Of a stretch of DNA of 29,198 nt, positions 9,540-18,620 are shown piece after piece. The notes under the pieces are model-generated. The model was not told the origin of the DNA. It searched no databases and was given only the letters and a program-made list of their open reading frames with translations. How positions within the stretch are numbered: position 1 is the first letter of the stretch; every line of letters starts with the position of its first letter. The DNA is from Candidatus Sulfotelmatobacter sp. Its GTDB lineage: Bacteria > Acidobacteriota > Terriglobia > Terriglobales > Acidobacteriaceae. Location: assembly GCA_030045935.1 (NCBI GenBank), contig JASIEN010000401.1:1-29198 (forward strand), read 5' to 3'. The position numbers and the translations under genes are program-made.

Positions 9540-10898
9540 ATGGACGCACTACTGCTGCACCGCATTCACTTTGCTTTCACGATTACCTTCCACTATTTGT
9601 TCCCTCAATTGACAATGGGTCTGTCGTTGCTGATTGTTGCCCTGAAAACAGCCGCGATTCGCAGCAAGGATGAGCGATACAACCAGGCGGCGCGCTTCTG
9701 GGCCAAGGTGCTGGCGGTCAATTTTCTTATGGGAGTCGTCACCGGCATTCCCATGGAATTTCAGTTCGGAACCAACTGGTCGCAATTTGCGCGCACTACC
9801 GGGGGCGTCATCGGCCAGCCGCTGGCGATGGAGGGAGTATTTTCGTTCTTCCTCGAGTCGGCATTTCTGGGATTGTTCCTTTTCGGAGAAAAACGCTTGT
9901 CGGCCTGGGGCCATTGGACTTCCGCGCTGCTGGTTTTTATCGGCTCGTGGATTTCAGGCTTTTTCATCATTGTCACCAATGCGTGGATGCAGCATCCCGT
10001 CGCCTATCGCGTACTTCCCAACGGAGTTTATGAAGTCACCAGCTTCTGGGGGTTGCTGACCAATCCATGGGCATTGTTGCAGTATGCCCACAACATGTCG
10101 GGGGCGGTGATCACAGCGGCTTTTGTGATGTCGGCAGCCGGAGCATTTTATGTTCTGGAAAACAGATTTGCAGATCACGGGCGAATTTTTCTGCGGGTCG
10201 GCGTGACTGCGGGAGTAATTGCCTCAATCACGCAAATTTTCCCCACCGGCGATCTGCATGGCCGCTACATGGCCAAACACCAGCCGGCAACGATCGCGGC
10301 CATGGAGGGGCTCTTCAATTCACGCACGGGCGCACCCATTGTGCTGATCGGACAACCTGACGAGGTCGCGCGCCGGATCGACAATCCCATCGCGGTGAAT
10401 GACGTTCTAAGTTTTCTGATTTATGGCACTACCAAGGCAGAAGTTACAGGGCTGGACCGATTTCCGCGCGAGGACTGGCCCGAGCCGATGCCTCTGCTAT
10501 TTTACGTCTATCACATCATGGCCGGACTGGGAACTTACTTTGTGTTCGTCATGATCGTTGCCGCGTTGTCTCTCTGGAAAGGAAAGCTGTATCACACACG
10601 CTGGATACTTTGGCCGCTACTGTTGAGCTTTCCGTTTCCGTATATCGCAAATACGGCCGGCTGGCTGACGGCTGAACTGGGGCGGCAGCCGTGGGTTGTC
10701 TACGGACTGATTCGGGTCCCGGAGGGCTATTCGAAATATGTTTCTTCGGGGAATGCGCTGTTTACGCTGATGGGATTTATGGGTCTCTACACCGTGCTTT
10801 CGATCTTGTTTATCGTGCTTATCTACCGAATCGTCGACGCGGGCCCTGCCGTGCCTGCGGCAGCGGAGAAGGAATTTGCGTCAGTGACTCCGGATTAG
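9540..10898 (+). CDS. cydA: Cytochrome bd ubiquinol oxidase subunit I (short Q-loop)
   Basis: FHYLF (His19 equivalent), GIPMEFQFGTNW, EGVFSFFLES, NAWMQHP, AHNMSG, AAMEG, YHIMAG and ELGRQPW. Confidence 0.97.
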   Translation: MDALLLHRIHFAFTITFHYLFPQLTMGLSLLIVALKTAAIRSKDERYNQAARFWAKVLAVNFLMGVVTGIPMEFQFGTNWSQFARTTGGVIGQPLAMEGVFSFFLESAFLGLFLFGEKRLSAWGHWTSALLVFIGSWISGFFIIVTNAWMQHPVAYRVLPNGVYEVTSFWGLLTNPWALLQYAHNMSGAVITAAFVMSAAGAFYVLENRFADHGRIFLRVGVTAGVIASITQIFPTGDLHGRYMAKHQPATIAAMEGLFNSRTGAPIVLIGQPDEVARRIDNPIAVNDVLSFLIYGTTKAEVTGLDRFPREDWPEPMPLLFYVYHIMAGLGTYFVFVMIVAALSLWKGKLYHTRWILWPLLLSFPFPYIANTAGWLTAELGRQPWVVYGLIRVPEGYSKYVSSGNALFTLMGFMGLYTVLSILFIVLIYRIVDAGPAVPAAAEKEFASVTPD

Positions 10899-10908
10899 AG
10901 GAGCGAAT

Positions 10909-11955
10909 ATGGGATTCATATGGTTCTGGGTGGTTGCGGTCATGCTGGTTGCCTACGTGGTGCTCGATGGCTTCGACATCGGAGTTGGTATTTTGCACCT
11001 ATTCGTGGCCCAGACTGAACCACAGCGTCAGGTCACTCTGCACAGCATTGGCCCCGTCTGGGACGGAAATGAAGTCTGGCTGTTGGCGAGCGGAGGCACA
11101 CTTTACTTCGCGTTTCCGCTGCTTTACGCATCAGCGTTCAGTGGATTCTATCTGGCCCTCATGATCGTGCTCTGGTTGCTGATCGGTCGCGCGGCGGCGA
11201 TCGAGCTGCGAATGAAAATCAATAACGGCGTGTGGAGAGCTTTTTTCGACGGCGTCTTTTTCATTTCCAGTGCACTGCTCGCCGTTTTTTACGGAGCAGC
11301 GCTGGCGAACGTGATCCGTGGAGTTCCGCTGGGCGCCGACGGTTACTTCTTTCTTCCGCTTTGGACTGACTGGCGCGTCGGTCCGCAGCCAGGAATTCTC
11401 GACTGGTATACGGTCATCGGAGGAGTGGTTGCCCTGGTGGCTCTGGCGGAACACGGAGCTCTCTATCTCGCCGTAAAAACCGAAGGCGAGTTGCAGCAGC
11501 GGGCGAGGGCAACAGGCCGCGTTCTTTGGATCGCGCTGTTTGCGTTGACCATAATCAGTCTGCCCGCTTCGGTGATTGCCCGGCCTGACACTCTCGACAA
11601 TTATCGGAAATACCCTCTTACATTCGCCGTCCCTGTGATCGTTTTCCTTTCATTGCTGGGAATGATCCATTTCTGCCGCAAAGCGGAGGATCGCAAAGCT
11701 TTCGGCTGCTCGTGCGTCTATCTCAGCATCATGATGGCCGGAGCGGCGATCGGGCTGTATCCCCGGCTACTGCCTGCAACAACCGGAGCGCAATATGACA
11801 TCACTATCGATCACGCATTGTCAGGCCCGCACACTTTGCATGTGGGACTGGCCTGGTGGGGCTTTGGAATGCTGCTCGCGTTAACGTATTTTGTAATTGT
11901 TTATCGCATGTTCCGGGGCAAAGTTCCGGTCGAGAGTGGAGGCTACGAGCACTAA
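10909..11955 (+). CDS. cydB: Cytochrome bd ubiquinol oxidase subunit II
   Basis: YVVLDGFDIG, IGPVWDGNEVWL and FPLLYA motifs; GAGGAG RBS; 10 nt after cydA. Confidence 0.97.
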   Translation: MGFIWFWVVAVMLVAYVVLDGFDIGVGILHLFVAQTEPQRQVTLHSIGPVWDGNEVWLLASGGTLYFAFPLLYASAFSGFYLALMIVLWLLIGRAAAIELRMKINNGVWRAFFDGVFFISSALLAVFYGAALANVIRGVPLGADGYFFLPLWTDWRVGPQPGILDWYTVIGGVVALVALAEHGALYLAVKTEGELQQRARATGRVLWIALFALTIISLPASVIARPDTLDNYRKYPLTFAVPVIVFLSLLGMIHFCRKAEDRKAFGCSCVYLSIMMAGAAIGLYPRLLPATTGAQYDITIDHALSGPHTLHVGLAWWGFGMLLALTYFVIVYRMFRGKVPVESGGYEH

Positions 11956-11957
11956 TT

Positions 11958-12149
11958 TCAGAATTCGCCCCTGGGCGAATGGCCTTTGGGCGACAACTTT
12001 TCCGCTGCCATTTTCCGAAGCTGCTGGCTATGCTGCCGGAGAGCATTATTGAGTTCCGCAATCGCTAAATCCAGCTCAGAATCGTTCGCGGCGATCACCT
12101 TTGCGCACAGTTCCCGGATGCGGTCGTCCAGAAGAGGTGTGCTCACCAC
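11958..12149 (-). CDS. Small hypothetical helical protein (63 aa)
   Basis: Fills the gap convergent on cydB (stop codons 2 nt apart). Amphipathic pattern DDRIRELCAKVIAA...IAELNNALRQH. No strong RBS. Confidence 0.45.
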   Translation of the reverse strand: MVSTPLLDDRIRELCAKVIAANDSELDLAIAELNNALRQHSQQLRKMAAEKLSPKGHSPRGEF

Positions 12150-12345
12150 CCAAGCATGCTACATGCAATTTGCGCTTCCCATACAGGGATTTACTGATTC
12201 AGTGCCGCTGAAACTGGCTCAAATCAAGGGGTTCTGAGGCGTTACTGAGAATTACCGAAGTTTAGGGTCTGCGCCATAAATCATTGTTAATGAAGCGGTT
12301 GGCTGTTTATTCTCGATCAAGGGGAACCCTCGTTCGCTGGGCGAC

Positions 12346-15138
12346 ATGAGCGACGGGCGTGTCCTCGCGGAGCAAATGTCGGCCAGCACACACTCGTGGA
12401 GAACCTTGCCCGTCGGCGGACGGATCTTTGTCGGTCTGGTCGTCCTTGCGGGAATGGCATCGCTGTTACAGGCTGCCATTTACCAGAACAGCAAAAACAT
12501 TGCCGAATTTATCTGCTATCTAGGGGTCGCGATTCTGGCGTCCCGGCTGCGGGTAAGTTTGCCTGGCATAACCGGCACTCTCTCGGTCAATTTCCTCTTC
12601 GTTCTGGTGGCCGTAGCCGAGTTGAGCTACAGCGAAGCGGTGACTTTGGCAGCGGTTTCGATGCTGGCCCAGAATTTGTATCAGCAGCGCCCGGGCGCGA
12701 TTCAGTTGACGTTCAACCTTTGCACGGCATCGCTTTCGACCGCCCTGGCGTATGTGGTTTACCACAATGCGCTTGTACTGGAGTTTGTCAATAACCGGCC
12801 GTTGACTCTATGTGTTGCGGCTGCTACGTATTTCCTTGTCAATGCCGGGTGCGTGGCGATTGTTATTTCGGTCAGTGAGGCGAAGTCGCTGCGCAGCATT
12901 CTGGTTGACTGCTATTTCTGGTCGTTTCCCTACTACCTGGTGGGAGCGGGCATCGCGGGTGCGATCGGCTGGTTTAACCGCGAGTTCAACTGGGAAACTT
13001 CGCTGCTCTTCGTTCCAGCCATGTATCTCATCTACGGGTCATACCGCCTCTATCTGGGGAAACTCGAGGATGAGAAGCGCCATGTGGAAGAAATTGCCGA
13101 CCTGCATCTAAGAACGATCGAGGCGTTGGCGCTGGCGATTGAGGCAAAGGACCAGACCACACACGAACACCTGCAACGAGTCCGGGTTTATGCCATCGAG
13201 GTGGCAAAAGAGCTAGGCATGAAAGGCAATGATCTGGAGGCCCTTCATGCGGCCGCGCTACTTCACGATATCGGCAAGTTGGCCGTGCCGGAGCACATTA
13301 TCTCGAAGCCGGGAAGATTGACGCCGGAAGAGTTCGAGAAGATGAAGATTCACACCGTGGTGGGGGCGGAAATTCTGGAGCGGGTGCGGTTTCCCTATCC
13401 GGTTGTACCGATTGTGCGGGCGCACCATGAAAAATGGGACGGCTCGGGTTATCCCTATGGATTGAAGGCGGAAGAAATTCCGATGGGAGCACGCATTCTT
13501 TCGGCCGTCGATTATCTGGATGCGCTTGCCTCGGACCGGCAGTATCGCCGCGGCGTGCCTCTGGACGAAGTAATGAAGCGCCTCACGGAGGAATCGGGAA
13601 AATCCTTCGACCCGAAAGTGGTTGATGTTCTCCAGAAGAGATATCGACAGCTTGAGAGGTTGGCAATGGCGCAGTCTTCCCACGATAGCGGGCTGGGCCT
13701 GCCCAGCAACCTTAAGATTGAACGTGGTATTGCGCCGGCGGCAGGTTTTGAGAAGGCTGCAGTGGTCGACTTGCCGGGCCGCGAAGCTACATTCCTGGCG
13801 TCGATTGCGGCTGCGCGGCAGGAGGCACAAGCTCTGTTCGAGCTAAGCCAGGATCTTGGAGCCTCGCTGAGCTTGGGTGAGACACTATCGGTCTTTTCAG
13901 TGAAGCTGAAGCCGATGGTTCCTTACGATTCGATTGCCATTTATGTTCTGCGCGACAGCATGCTTGTGCCGGAGTATGTGAACGGCGACAATTACCGTCT
14001 CTTTTCTTCTTTGCGAATCCCCGTGGGCCAGGGGCTTTCAGGTTGGGTTGCGCAGAACAAAAAACCAATTGTGAACGGGAATCCCTCGGTCGAACCGGGG
14101 TACTTGAACGATCCCGCAAAGTTCAGCACGCTGCGGTCGGCGCTGGCGGTGCCATTGGAGGGAGTAAGCGGCATCACCGGAGTTTTGGCGCTCTATCGAA
14201 GTGACAGGGACGCCTTTACCTCAGACCATTTAAGAATTCTGCTGGCCGTAAGCGGCAAGATGGCGCTGGCCATTGAGAACGCACTCAAATATGAACAGGC
14301 GGAAAGCTCCGCCACTACCGATTATCTCACCGGCTTGCCCAATGCGCGTTCGCTTTTCCTGCAGCTCGACCGCGAACTGGCGCGCTGCAAGCGCGACAAT
14401 CTGCCGCTTGCCGTGATGGTCTGTGATATGAACGGCTTCAAGAAAATCAACGACCGTTTCGGACACCTTGAGGGTAATCGCGTGCTGCGGCTCTTCGCGC
14501 AGGCGCTGAAAGACAGTTGCCGCGAGTACGACTACGTGGCGCGTATGGGTGGAGACGAGTTCGTGATCATCGCTCCGGGTCTGCCGGCGGATGCCGCCGC
14601 CAAGAAAGTGGAACAGATTCGTCCGCTGGCACGGCAGGCGGGATTCGAGGTTTGTGGCGAGGAAATTTTGTCGCTGAGCGTAGGCGTAGCGATTTCTCCC
14701 GTGGACAGCAGTGATGCGGAGCAATTGCTGACGCAGGCCGACCGCCGCATGTATCTGGAAAAGCAGAAGCAGCCGTCGCAGAAGGACCAGCGGTTGCACA
14801 CGCGCATGAAGTGCCGGCTTACCATCGAACTGCATCCGCAGCCGGGAGGAGAAACAATTTTTGGAAATATGATCGATATCAGTCTGGGGGGGTGCTATGT
14901 GGAGACGAGCGCCATTCTGGCACCGGAGACTAACCTTAAGCTGGTATTCTCCATCGATGACGGTACGCTCACGGCCGAAGGTACGATTGCCAGAATTCAT
15001 CCTGGATCCGGCGTAGCGGTGAAATTCAAAGAGATGAGCCGCGAAACGCGCGAGAAAATGTACAGGGTGCTGGAGTTTGTGCAGAATACGACGAATATAT
15101 ACAACGACCGCTACATGCAGAGTTTGTTCAAGCAGTAA
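12346..15138 (+). CDS. Membrane-anchored c-di-GMP protein: multi-TM sensor, HD-GYP, GAF, GGDEF and PilZ domains
   Basis: About 7 hydrophobic segments; LLHDIGK and HHEKWDGSGYP; GAF (GQGLSGWV, LAVPL); DYLTGLPN and RMGGDEF; C-terminal RLHTR and DISLGG. Confidence 0.92.
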   Translation: MSDGRVLAEQMSASTHSWRTLPVGGRIFVGLVVLAGMASLLQAAIYQNSKNIAEFICYLGVAILASRLRVSLPGITGTLSVNFLFVLVAVAELSYSEAVTLAAVSMLAQNLYQQRPGAIQLTFNLCTASLSTALAYVVYHNALVLEFVNNRPLTLCVAAATYFLVNAGCVAIVISVSEAKSLRSILVDCYFWSFPYYLVGAGIAGAIGWFNREFNWETSLLFVPAMYLIYGSYRLYLGKLEDEKRHVEEIADLHLRTIEALALAIEAKDQTTHEHLQRVRVYAIEVAKELGMKGNDLEALHAAALLHDIGKLAVPEHIISKPGRLTPEEFEKMKIHTVVGAEILERVRFPYPVVPIVRAHHEKWDGSGYPYGLKAEEIPMGARILSAVDYLDALASDRQYRRGVPLDEVMKRLTEESGKSFDPKVVDVLQKRYRQLERLAMAQSSHDSGLGLPSNLKIERGIAPAAGFEKAAVVDLPGREATFLASIAAARQEAQALFELSQDLGASLSLGETLSVFSVKLKPMVPYDSIAIYVLRDSMLVPEYVNGDNYRLFSSLRIPVGQGLSGWVAQNKKPIVNGNPSVEPGYLNDPAKFSTLRSALAVPLEGVSGITGVLALYRSDRDAFTSDHLRILLAVSGKMALAIENALKYEQAESSATTDYLTGLPNARSLFLQLDRELARCKRDNLPLAVMVCDMNGFKKINDRFGHLEGNRVLRLFAQALKDSCREYDYVARMGGDEFVIIAPGLPADAAAKKVEQIRPLARQAGFEVCGEEILSLSVGVAISPVDSSDAEQLLTQADRRMYLEKQKQPSQKDQRLHTRMKCRLTIELHPQPGGETIFGNMIDISLGGCYVETSAILAPETNLKLVFSIDDGTLTAEGTIARIHPGSGVAVKFKEMSRETREKMYRVLEFVQNTTNIYNDRYMQSLFKQ

Positions 15139-15174
15139 GGCCGCGCTTCGGTTGCTGACCTTTGCTTGCATCAG

Positions 15175-15227
15175 GGGCTAAAGCCCACATCTTTTAGCGT
15201 CCGCATTGGCACGACTGAAGTCGTGCC
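15175..15227. repeat. REP-like double-hairpin element
   Basis: GGGCT-AA-AGCCC (15175-15186) and perfect GGCACGAC-TGAA-GTCGTGCC (15208-15227), between convergent genes. Confidence 0.65.
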
Positions 15228-15303
15228 CTTCCACGAATCCTTTTACGAGACAGATTCTAAGCCCCGCCGCTCCGGCCGAATTTCAGGGTTGACTAGATCG
15301 AGC

Positions 15304-15900
15304 TTAGCCCTCTGTAACCGTCTCCGCCTCAAGCTGCGCTTCAACGTTGTCCGGCGCTGCAGTCGACCCGCATTCGAATCCCTTGTCGAATGCTTGTAAA
15401 TTGAGCTCGCGAAAATTCGATGGCACTGAATCTGCCACAGCTTTGCGGACTGCGTCTGGATCGAGCAAGCCCGTCAGCGCGGTAAAGAACCCCACCATCA
15501 CTGAATTCAAGACCATCTTTTTTCCGAGTCCCTCGGCAATGCGGGTTGCGGGAATTCCGTAAACTTTGATCTCTTTTTTCTTATCAAGTCCGGTCACGCG
15601 CACCAGATCCTGCTCAACGATCAATGTGCCGCCATCTTTCAACTCTGGTGCGAAGCGGTTGTAGGCCTCCTGCGACATCACGACCATGATGTCGGGCTGG
15701 GTGACGTAAGGATAAGCGACTGGCGCGTCAGAAATGATGAGCTGCGCGCTGCAGGCGCCGCCGCGCGCCTCGGGCCCAAAATTCTGCGTGACCGTGGCGT
15801 ATCCCTTCTCGAAAATCGAAGCCGCCTTGCCCAGTACCATAGCCGAGAGGATCACTCCCTGTCCGCCGAAGCCTGCGATGCGAATTTCCGTCAGCTGCAT
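15304..15900 (-). CDS. korC: 2-oxoacid:ferredoxin oxidoreductase gamma subunit
   Basis: IRIAGFGGQGVI, FGPEARGGACSA and MVLNSVMVG. Overlaps the beta-subunit stop by 10 nt. Confidence 0.9.
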   Translation of the reverse strand: MQLTEIRIAGFGGQGVILSAMVLGKAASIFEKGYATVTQNFGPEARGGACSAQLIISDAPVAYPYVTQPDIMVVMSQEAYNRFAPELKDGGTLIVEQDLVRVTGLDKKKEIKVYGIPATRIAEGLGKKMVLNSVMVGFFTALTGLLDPDAVRKAVADSVPSNFRELNLQAFDKGFECGSTAAPDNVEAQLEAETVTEG

Positions 15901-16814
15901 ACCTCCGCCTCCATGGGTTCCACGAATCTGTCGCCGAGCGAGTCAACGTACTGTGCGCGCATCATCGATTGATAGTCGGGCCGCTCGCGATCGACAAACT
16001 TGCCCACGATGATCTCTCCACTGATGGTGAGCCCGACTTCGCTGGTGGGCGCGCCGTTCTTCACTTTGCTCTTTGCCTTGTAATACTTCATCGTATCCAG
16101 GCTGTCGCCTAACTTGTTGCGCCGCTGATACAGGGTTGGGCAGGGCGAAATCACCTCGATAAACGAGAATCCCTTCTTTTGGAATGCTTCGCCGATGGCG
16201 CGCGCCAGCTGGCGCACGTGGAAAGTCGTCCAGCGCGCGACGTAGACTGCACCGGCTGCTTCCACCAGGTGCGGCAGATTGAACGACGGCTCAAATGTTC
16301 CGTACGGATTTGTCGACGTCGTTGCATGATCGGGCGTGGTCGGTGCCGTTTGTCCGCCCGTCATGGCATAAATCAGATTGTTCACGCAAATGACTTTGAG
16401 ATCGATATTGCGACGCGCGGCGTGAATCAGATGATTGCCGCCGATGGCAGAGAGATCCCCATCGCCGGAGTAGACGACGACGTTGAGCTTCGGATTGGCC
16501 AGTTTCAGCCCGGTGGCAAACGGAATCGCGCGTCCGTGCGTGGTATGGAAAGAATCGAGCGCCACATATCCGGCAACGCGGCCCGTGCAGCCGATGCCGG
16601 AGACCAAAGCCAGCGATTGCAGATCGATTTTCGATTCAATCAGGGCCCGCGCAAAGCAGTTAACCGTGGTACCGATGCCGCACCCCGGGCACCAGATGTG
16701 AGGCATGCGGTCAGTGCGCAGAAACGGCTCGACCGGATTCACCAAGTCATCATCCGGCAGATCAGTATTCAGCAGATCGTTATTTAGCAGATCAGTATTC
16801 AGATCGGTGCTCAT
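15891..16814 (-). CDS. korB: 2-oxoacid:ferredoxin oxidoreductase beta subunit (TPP-binding)
   Basis: WCPGCG, SGIGC, HTTHGRA, TPP motif GDGD...NN, MTGGQ and SPCP. ATGA overlap with the alpha subunit. Confidence 0.93.
   Translation of the reverse strand: MSTDLNTDLLNNDLLNTDLPDDDLVNPVEPFLRTDRMPHIWCPGCGIGTTVNCFARALIESKIDLQSLALVSGIGCTGRVAGYVALDSFHTTHGRAIPFATGLKLANPKLNVVVYSGDGDLSAIGGNHLIHAARRNIDLKVICVNNLIYAMTGGQTAPTTPDHATTSTNPYGTFEPSFNLPHLVEAAGAVYVARWTTFHVRQLARAIGEAFQKKGFSFIEVISPCPTLYQRRNKLGDSLDTMKYYKAKSKVKNGAPTSEVGLTISGEIIVGKFVDRERPDYQSMMRAQYVDSLGDRFVEPMEAEVCS
16758..16802 (-). repeat. 3 x 15-bp tandem repeat at the 5' end of korB
   Basis: On the + strand: CAGATCAGTATTCAG / CAGATCGTTATTTAG / CAGATCAGTATTCAG, encoding LNTDL-LNNDL-LNTDL. 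Confidence 0.85.
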
Positions 16815-17968
16815 CGGCTCGCCTCCACGATCACTTTCAGAATGTCTTCGGGACGATGTACGCCGCCGCCCGCGTGGGTTAGAGAAAATGTCTTTGCCCG
16901 GCCAGCCGCCGCACGCTCAACTTCCAGCGCCATCTGCCCCAGATTCAACTCGGGCACGACGAATGCTTTGACCCTGCCTGCGAGCTGCCGAATTTTCTTC
17001 TCGGGGAACGGCCAGGCGGTAATGAGCCGCAACTTGCCCACGCGCAGACCTTGCTCGCGCGCTGTGTCGATCGCGCGCTGCGCCACACGCGAAGTGATTC
17101 CATAAGAAACCACGACGACATCAGCATCCTTCAAATGCGCTTCTTCAAACATGGCAATGCGGTCGGCAGCCGAGGTAATTTTGTTTTGCAACCGCCGTAC
17201 CAGCTTGTCCTGAGTCTGCGGCGTCATGTTGGGATAGCCGCGCTCGTCGTGGGTCAGTCCGGTGACATGAAATCTGTAGCCCTCGCCTGCGTGGGCGATT
17301 TCAGGAACCAAGTCGCCGTTGGTCTTGTATGGCTGAAATTCTTCGACCGATTCCTTCGTATGCTTGCGCGGAACGATTTCAATCTGGTCGGCCGGCGGGA
17401 TCACAACTTTCTCAGTCATATGCCCGACGACCTCGTCCATCATGAACATTACGGGCACGCGAAATTCTTCGGACAAGTTGAAGGCCTTGATGGTCAGATC
17501 GAAGCATTCCTGCGGAGAATTCGGGCAGAGAGCAATGACGGCGTAGTCGCCGTGCGATCCCCAGCGTGCCTGCATCATATCTGCTTGTGCGGGTAGCGTT
17601 GGCAAGCCGGTCGATGGGCCTCCACGCTGCACATCGACAAACACGCAGGGCGTTTCCGTCATGGCGGCGTAGCCGATGTGCTCCATCATTAACGAGAAGC
17701 CAGGGCCAGAGGTCACAGTAAATGCTTTGGCCCCAGCCCACACCCCGCCTTGCAGTGTGATCGAGGCGGCCAGTTCGTCTTCCATCTGAATGAAGGTTCC
17801 GCCGACGGTGGGCACTCGTGCGGCGAAGCGTTCGACTACTTCAGTGGAAGGTGTAATTGGATATCCGGCCGCAAAACGTGCTCCCGCTGCCAACGCGCCT
17901 TCGCAGCAGGCGTGATCGCCATCGATAAAGTGCTCGCCGGTAAGAACGCCACGTGGATCGGCTTTCAT
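16811..17968 (-). CDS. korA: 2-oxoacid:ferredoxin oxidoreductase alpha subunit
   Basis: AGYPITPSTE, QMEDE, TSGPGFSLMME, QRGGPSTG and QARWGSHGD. Start is ATG 17968 (GGAGG RBS, ATGA overlap with delta), not the 18151 start in the ORF track. Confidence 0.93.
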   Translation of the reverse strand: MKADPRGVLTGEHFIDGDHACCEGALAAGARFAAGYPITPSTEVVERFAARVPTVGGTFIQMEDELAASITLQGGVWAGAKAFTVTSGPGFSLMMEHIGYAAMTETPCVFVDVQRGGPSTGLPTLPAQADMMQARWGSHGDYAVIALCPNSPQECFDLTIKAFNLSEEFRVPVMFMMDEVVGHMTEKVVIPPADQIEIVPRKHTKESVEEFQPYKTNGDLVPEIAHAGEGYRFHVTGLTHDERGYPNMTPQTQDKLVRRLQNKITSAADRIAMFEEAHLKDADVVVVSYGITSRVAQRAIDTAREQGLRVGKLRLITAWPFPEKKIRQLAGRVKAFVVPELNLGQMALEVERAAAGRAKTFSLTHAGGGVHRPEDILKVIVEASR

Positions 17969-18195
17969 TTCTTGCCTCCGTCTGCATTCTTCTTGCCGTA
18001 GATCGCGAAATCGGGACAGTACATGCCGCACAGGTCGCAACCGCTGCACTTTTCCGGGTGTACCACGTGCGGCACGTGATAACCCTTGGCGTTGAATGCC
18101 GAAGAAAACGCCAGCACATGGCTGGGACAGAACTCGATGCAGAAGCCGCAAGACTTGCAGCGCTCGGCGACAATTGAAACCCTTCCTTTTGTCAC
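17965..18195 (-). CDS. korD: 2x[4Fe-4S] ferredoxin (delta subunit)
   Basis: CKSCGFCIEFCP and CSGCDLCGMYCP. GTG at 18195 after a GGGGG tract is preferred; the ORF is open from 18246. Confidence 0.9.
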   Translation of the reverse strand: MTKGRVSIVAERCKSCGFCIEFCPSHVLAFSSAFNAKGYHVPHVVHPEKCSGCDLCGMYCPDFAIYGKKNADGGKK

Positions 18196-18292
18196 AAGGC
18201 CCCCACGCTTAATTAAGAAGTGCGCCTGATAGAAGTGATGGAACACTTCCGAAAGGTCGTTGCCAGTATGGCGTTCACGATGGGCAGGGGGA

Positions 18293-18330
18293 TGTGATGG
18301 GAATCACCGATCTAGGTGAGGGTGGGCACA
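18293..18330. promoter_or_regulatory. Tandem CRP-type boxes upstream of korDABC
   Basis: TGTGA-TGGGAA-TCACC (18293) and GGTGA-GGGTGG-GCACA (18315), 22 bp apart. CATACT lies on the - strand at 18270-18265. Confidence 0.65.
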
Positions 18331-18401
18331 ACAAGGTCAATTCCCGGGGCGGAACCGCGGCAATTAAGCGGAAACCTCGCCCTGTCCAGGCACTACAGTG
18401 T

Positions 18402-18439
18402 TGTGTTCTGCAACACAAATTCCTGTGACTCGGGTCATA
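18402..18439. promoter_or_regulatory. Tandem CRP-type boxes upstream of the cytochrome c gene
   Basis: TGTGT-TCTGCA-ACACA (18402) and TGTGA-CTCGGG-TCATA (18424), 22 bp apart. Confidence 0.65.
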
Positions 18440-18487
18440 GCGTGCTATCGTCCACTTCACTAATCATTAGAAGTTGACCATACAGTA

Positions 18488-18620
18488 GCCCGCGGGCAAG
18501 CGAACTCAGCAGGTCGTACTCCGGCCGCGGGGCGCTGGCTCGTAAGGCGAAAGCCCGCGATCTGGTGACGGCTTTTTGGAATTCCTCGTCTCGTAAAAGC
18601 GGCGAGACGTGGAAACTCCG
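18488..18620 (+). ncRNA. Putative structured 5' leader of the cytochrome c gene (family not identified)
   Basis: GCCCGCGGGC palindrome, GGC-GAAA-GCC tetraloop hairpin, alternative AAAGCC/GGCTTT stem with T5, and CGTCTCG/CGAGACG stem extendable into its flanks. Confidence 0.3.

Noticed and set aside
12307-12320. FNR-like site TTATT-CTCG-ATCAA upstream of the c-di-GMP gene
   Set aside because: Two mismatches in one half-site, a single occurrence, and it does not match the regulator's CRP-type helix.
14230-15171. 313-aa minus-strand ORF
   Set aside because: Antisense to the GGDEF/PilZ region with no motifs.
16758-16802. Tandem repeat considered as a possible CRISPR array
   Set aside because: 15-bp contiguous in-frame units, no spacers and no cas genes.
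17969-18151. N-terminal extension of korA given by the ORF track
   Set aside because: It overlaps the ferredoxin gene in another frame; the RBS and ATGA coupling support the start at 17968.
18484-18616. Resemblance of the cytochrome c leader to a yybP-ykoY riboswitch (AGTAGC...GCGAGAC) or a hammerhead (CTGGTGA...GAAAC)
   Set aside because: The yybP GGGGAGTA/GAGACC closing stem is missing, the hammerhead core should be CUGANGA, and stem II does not form.
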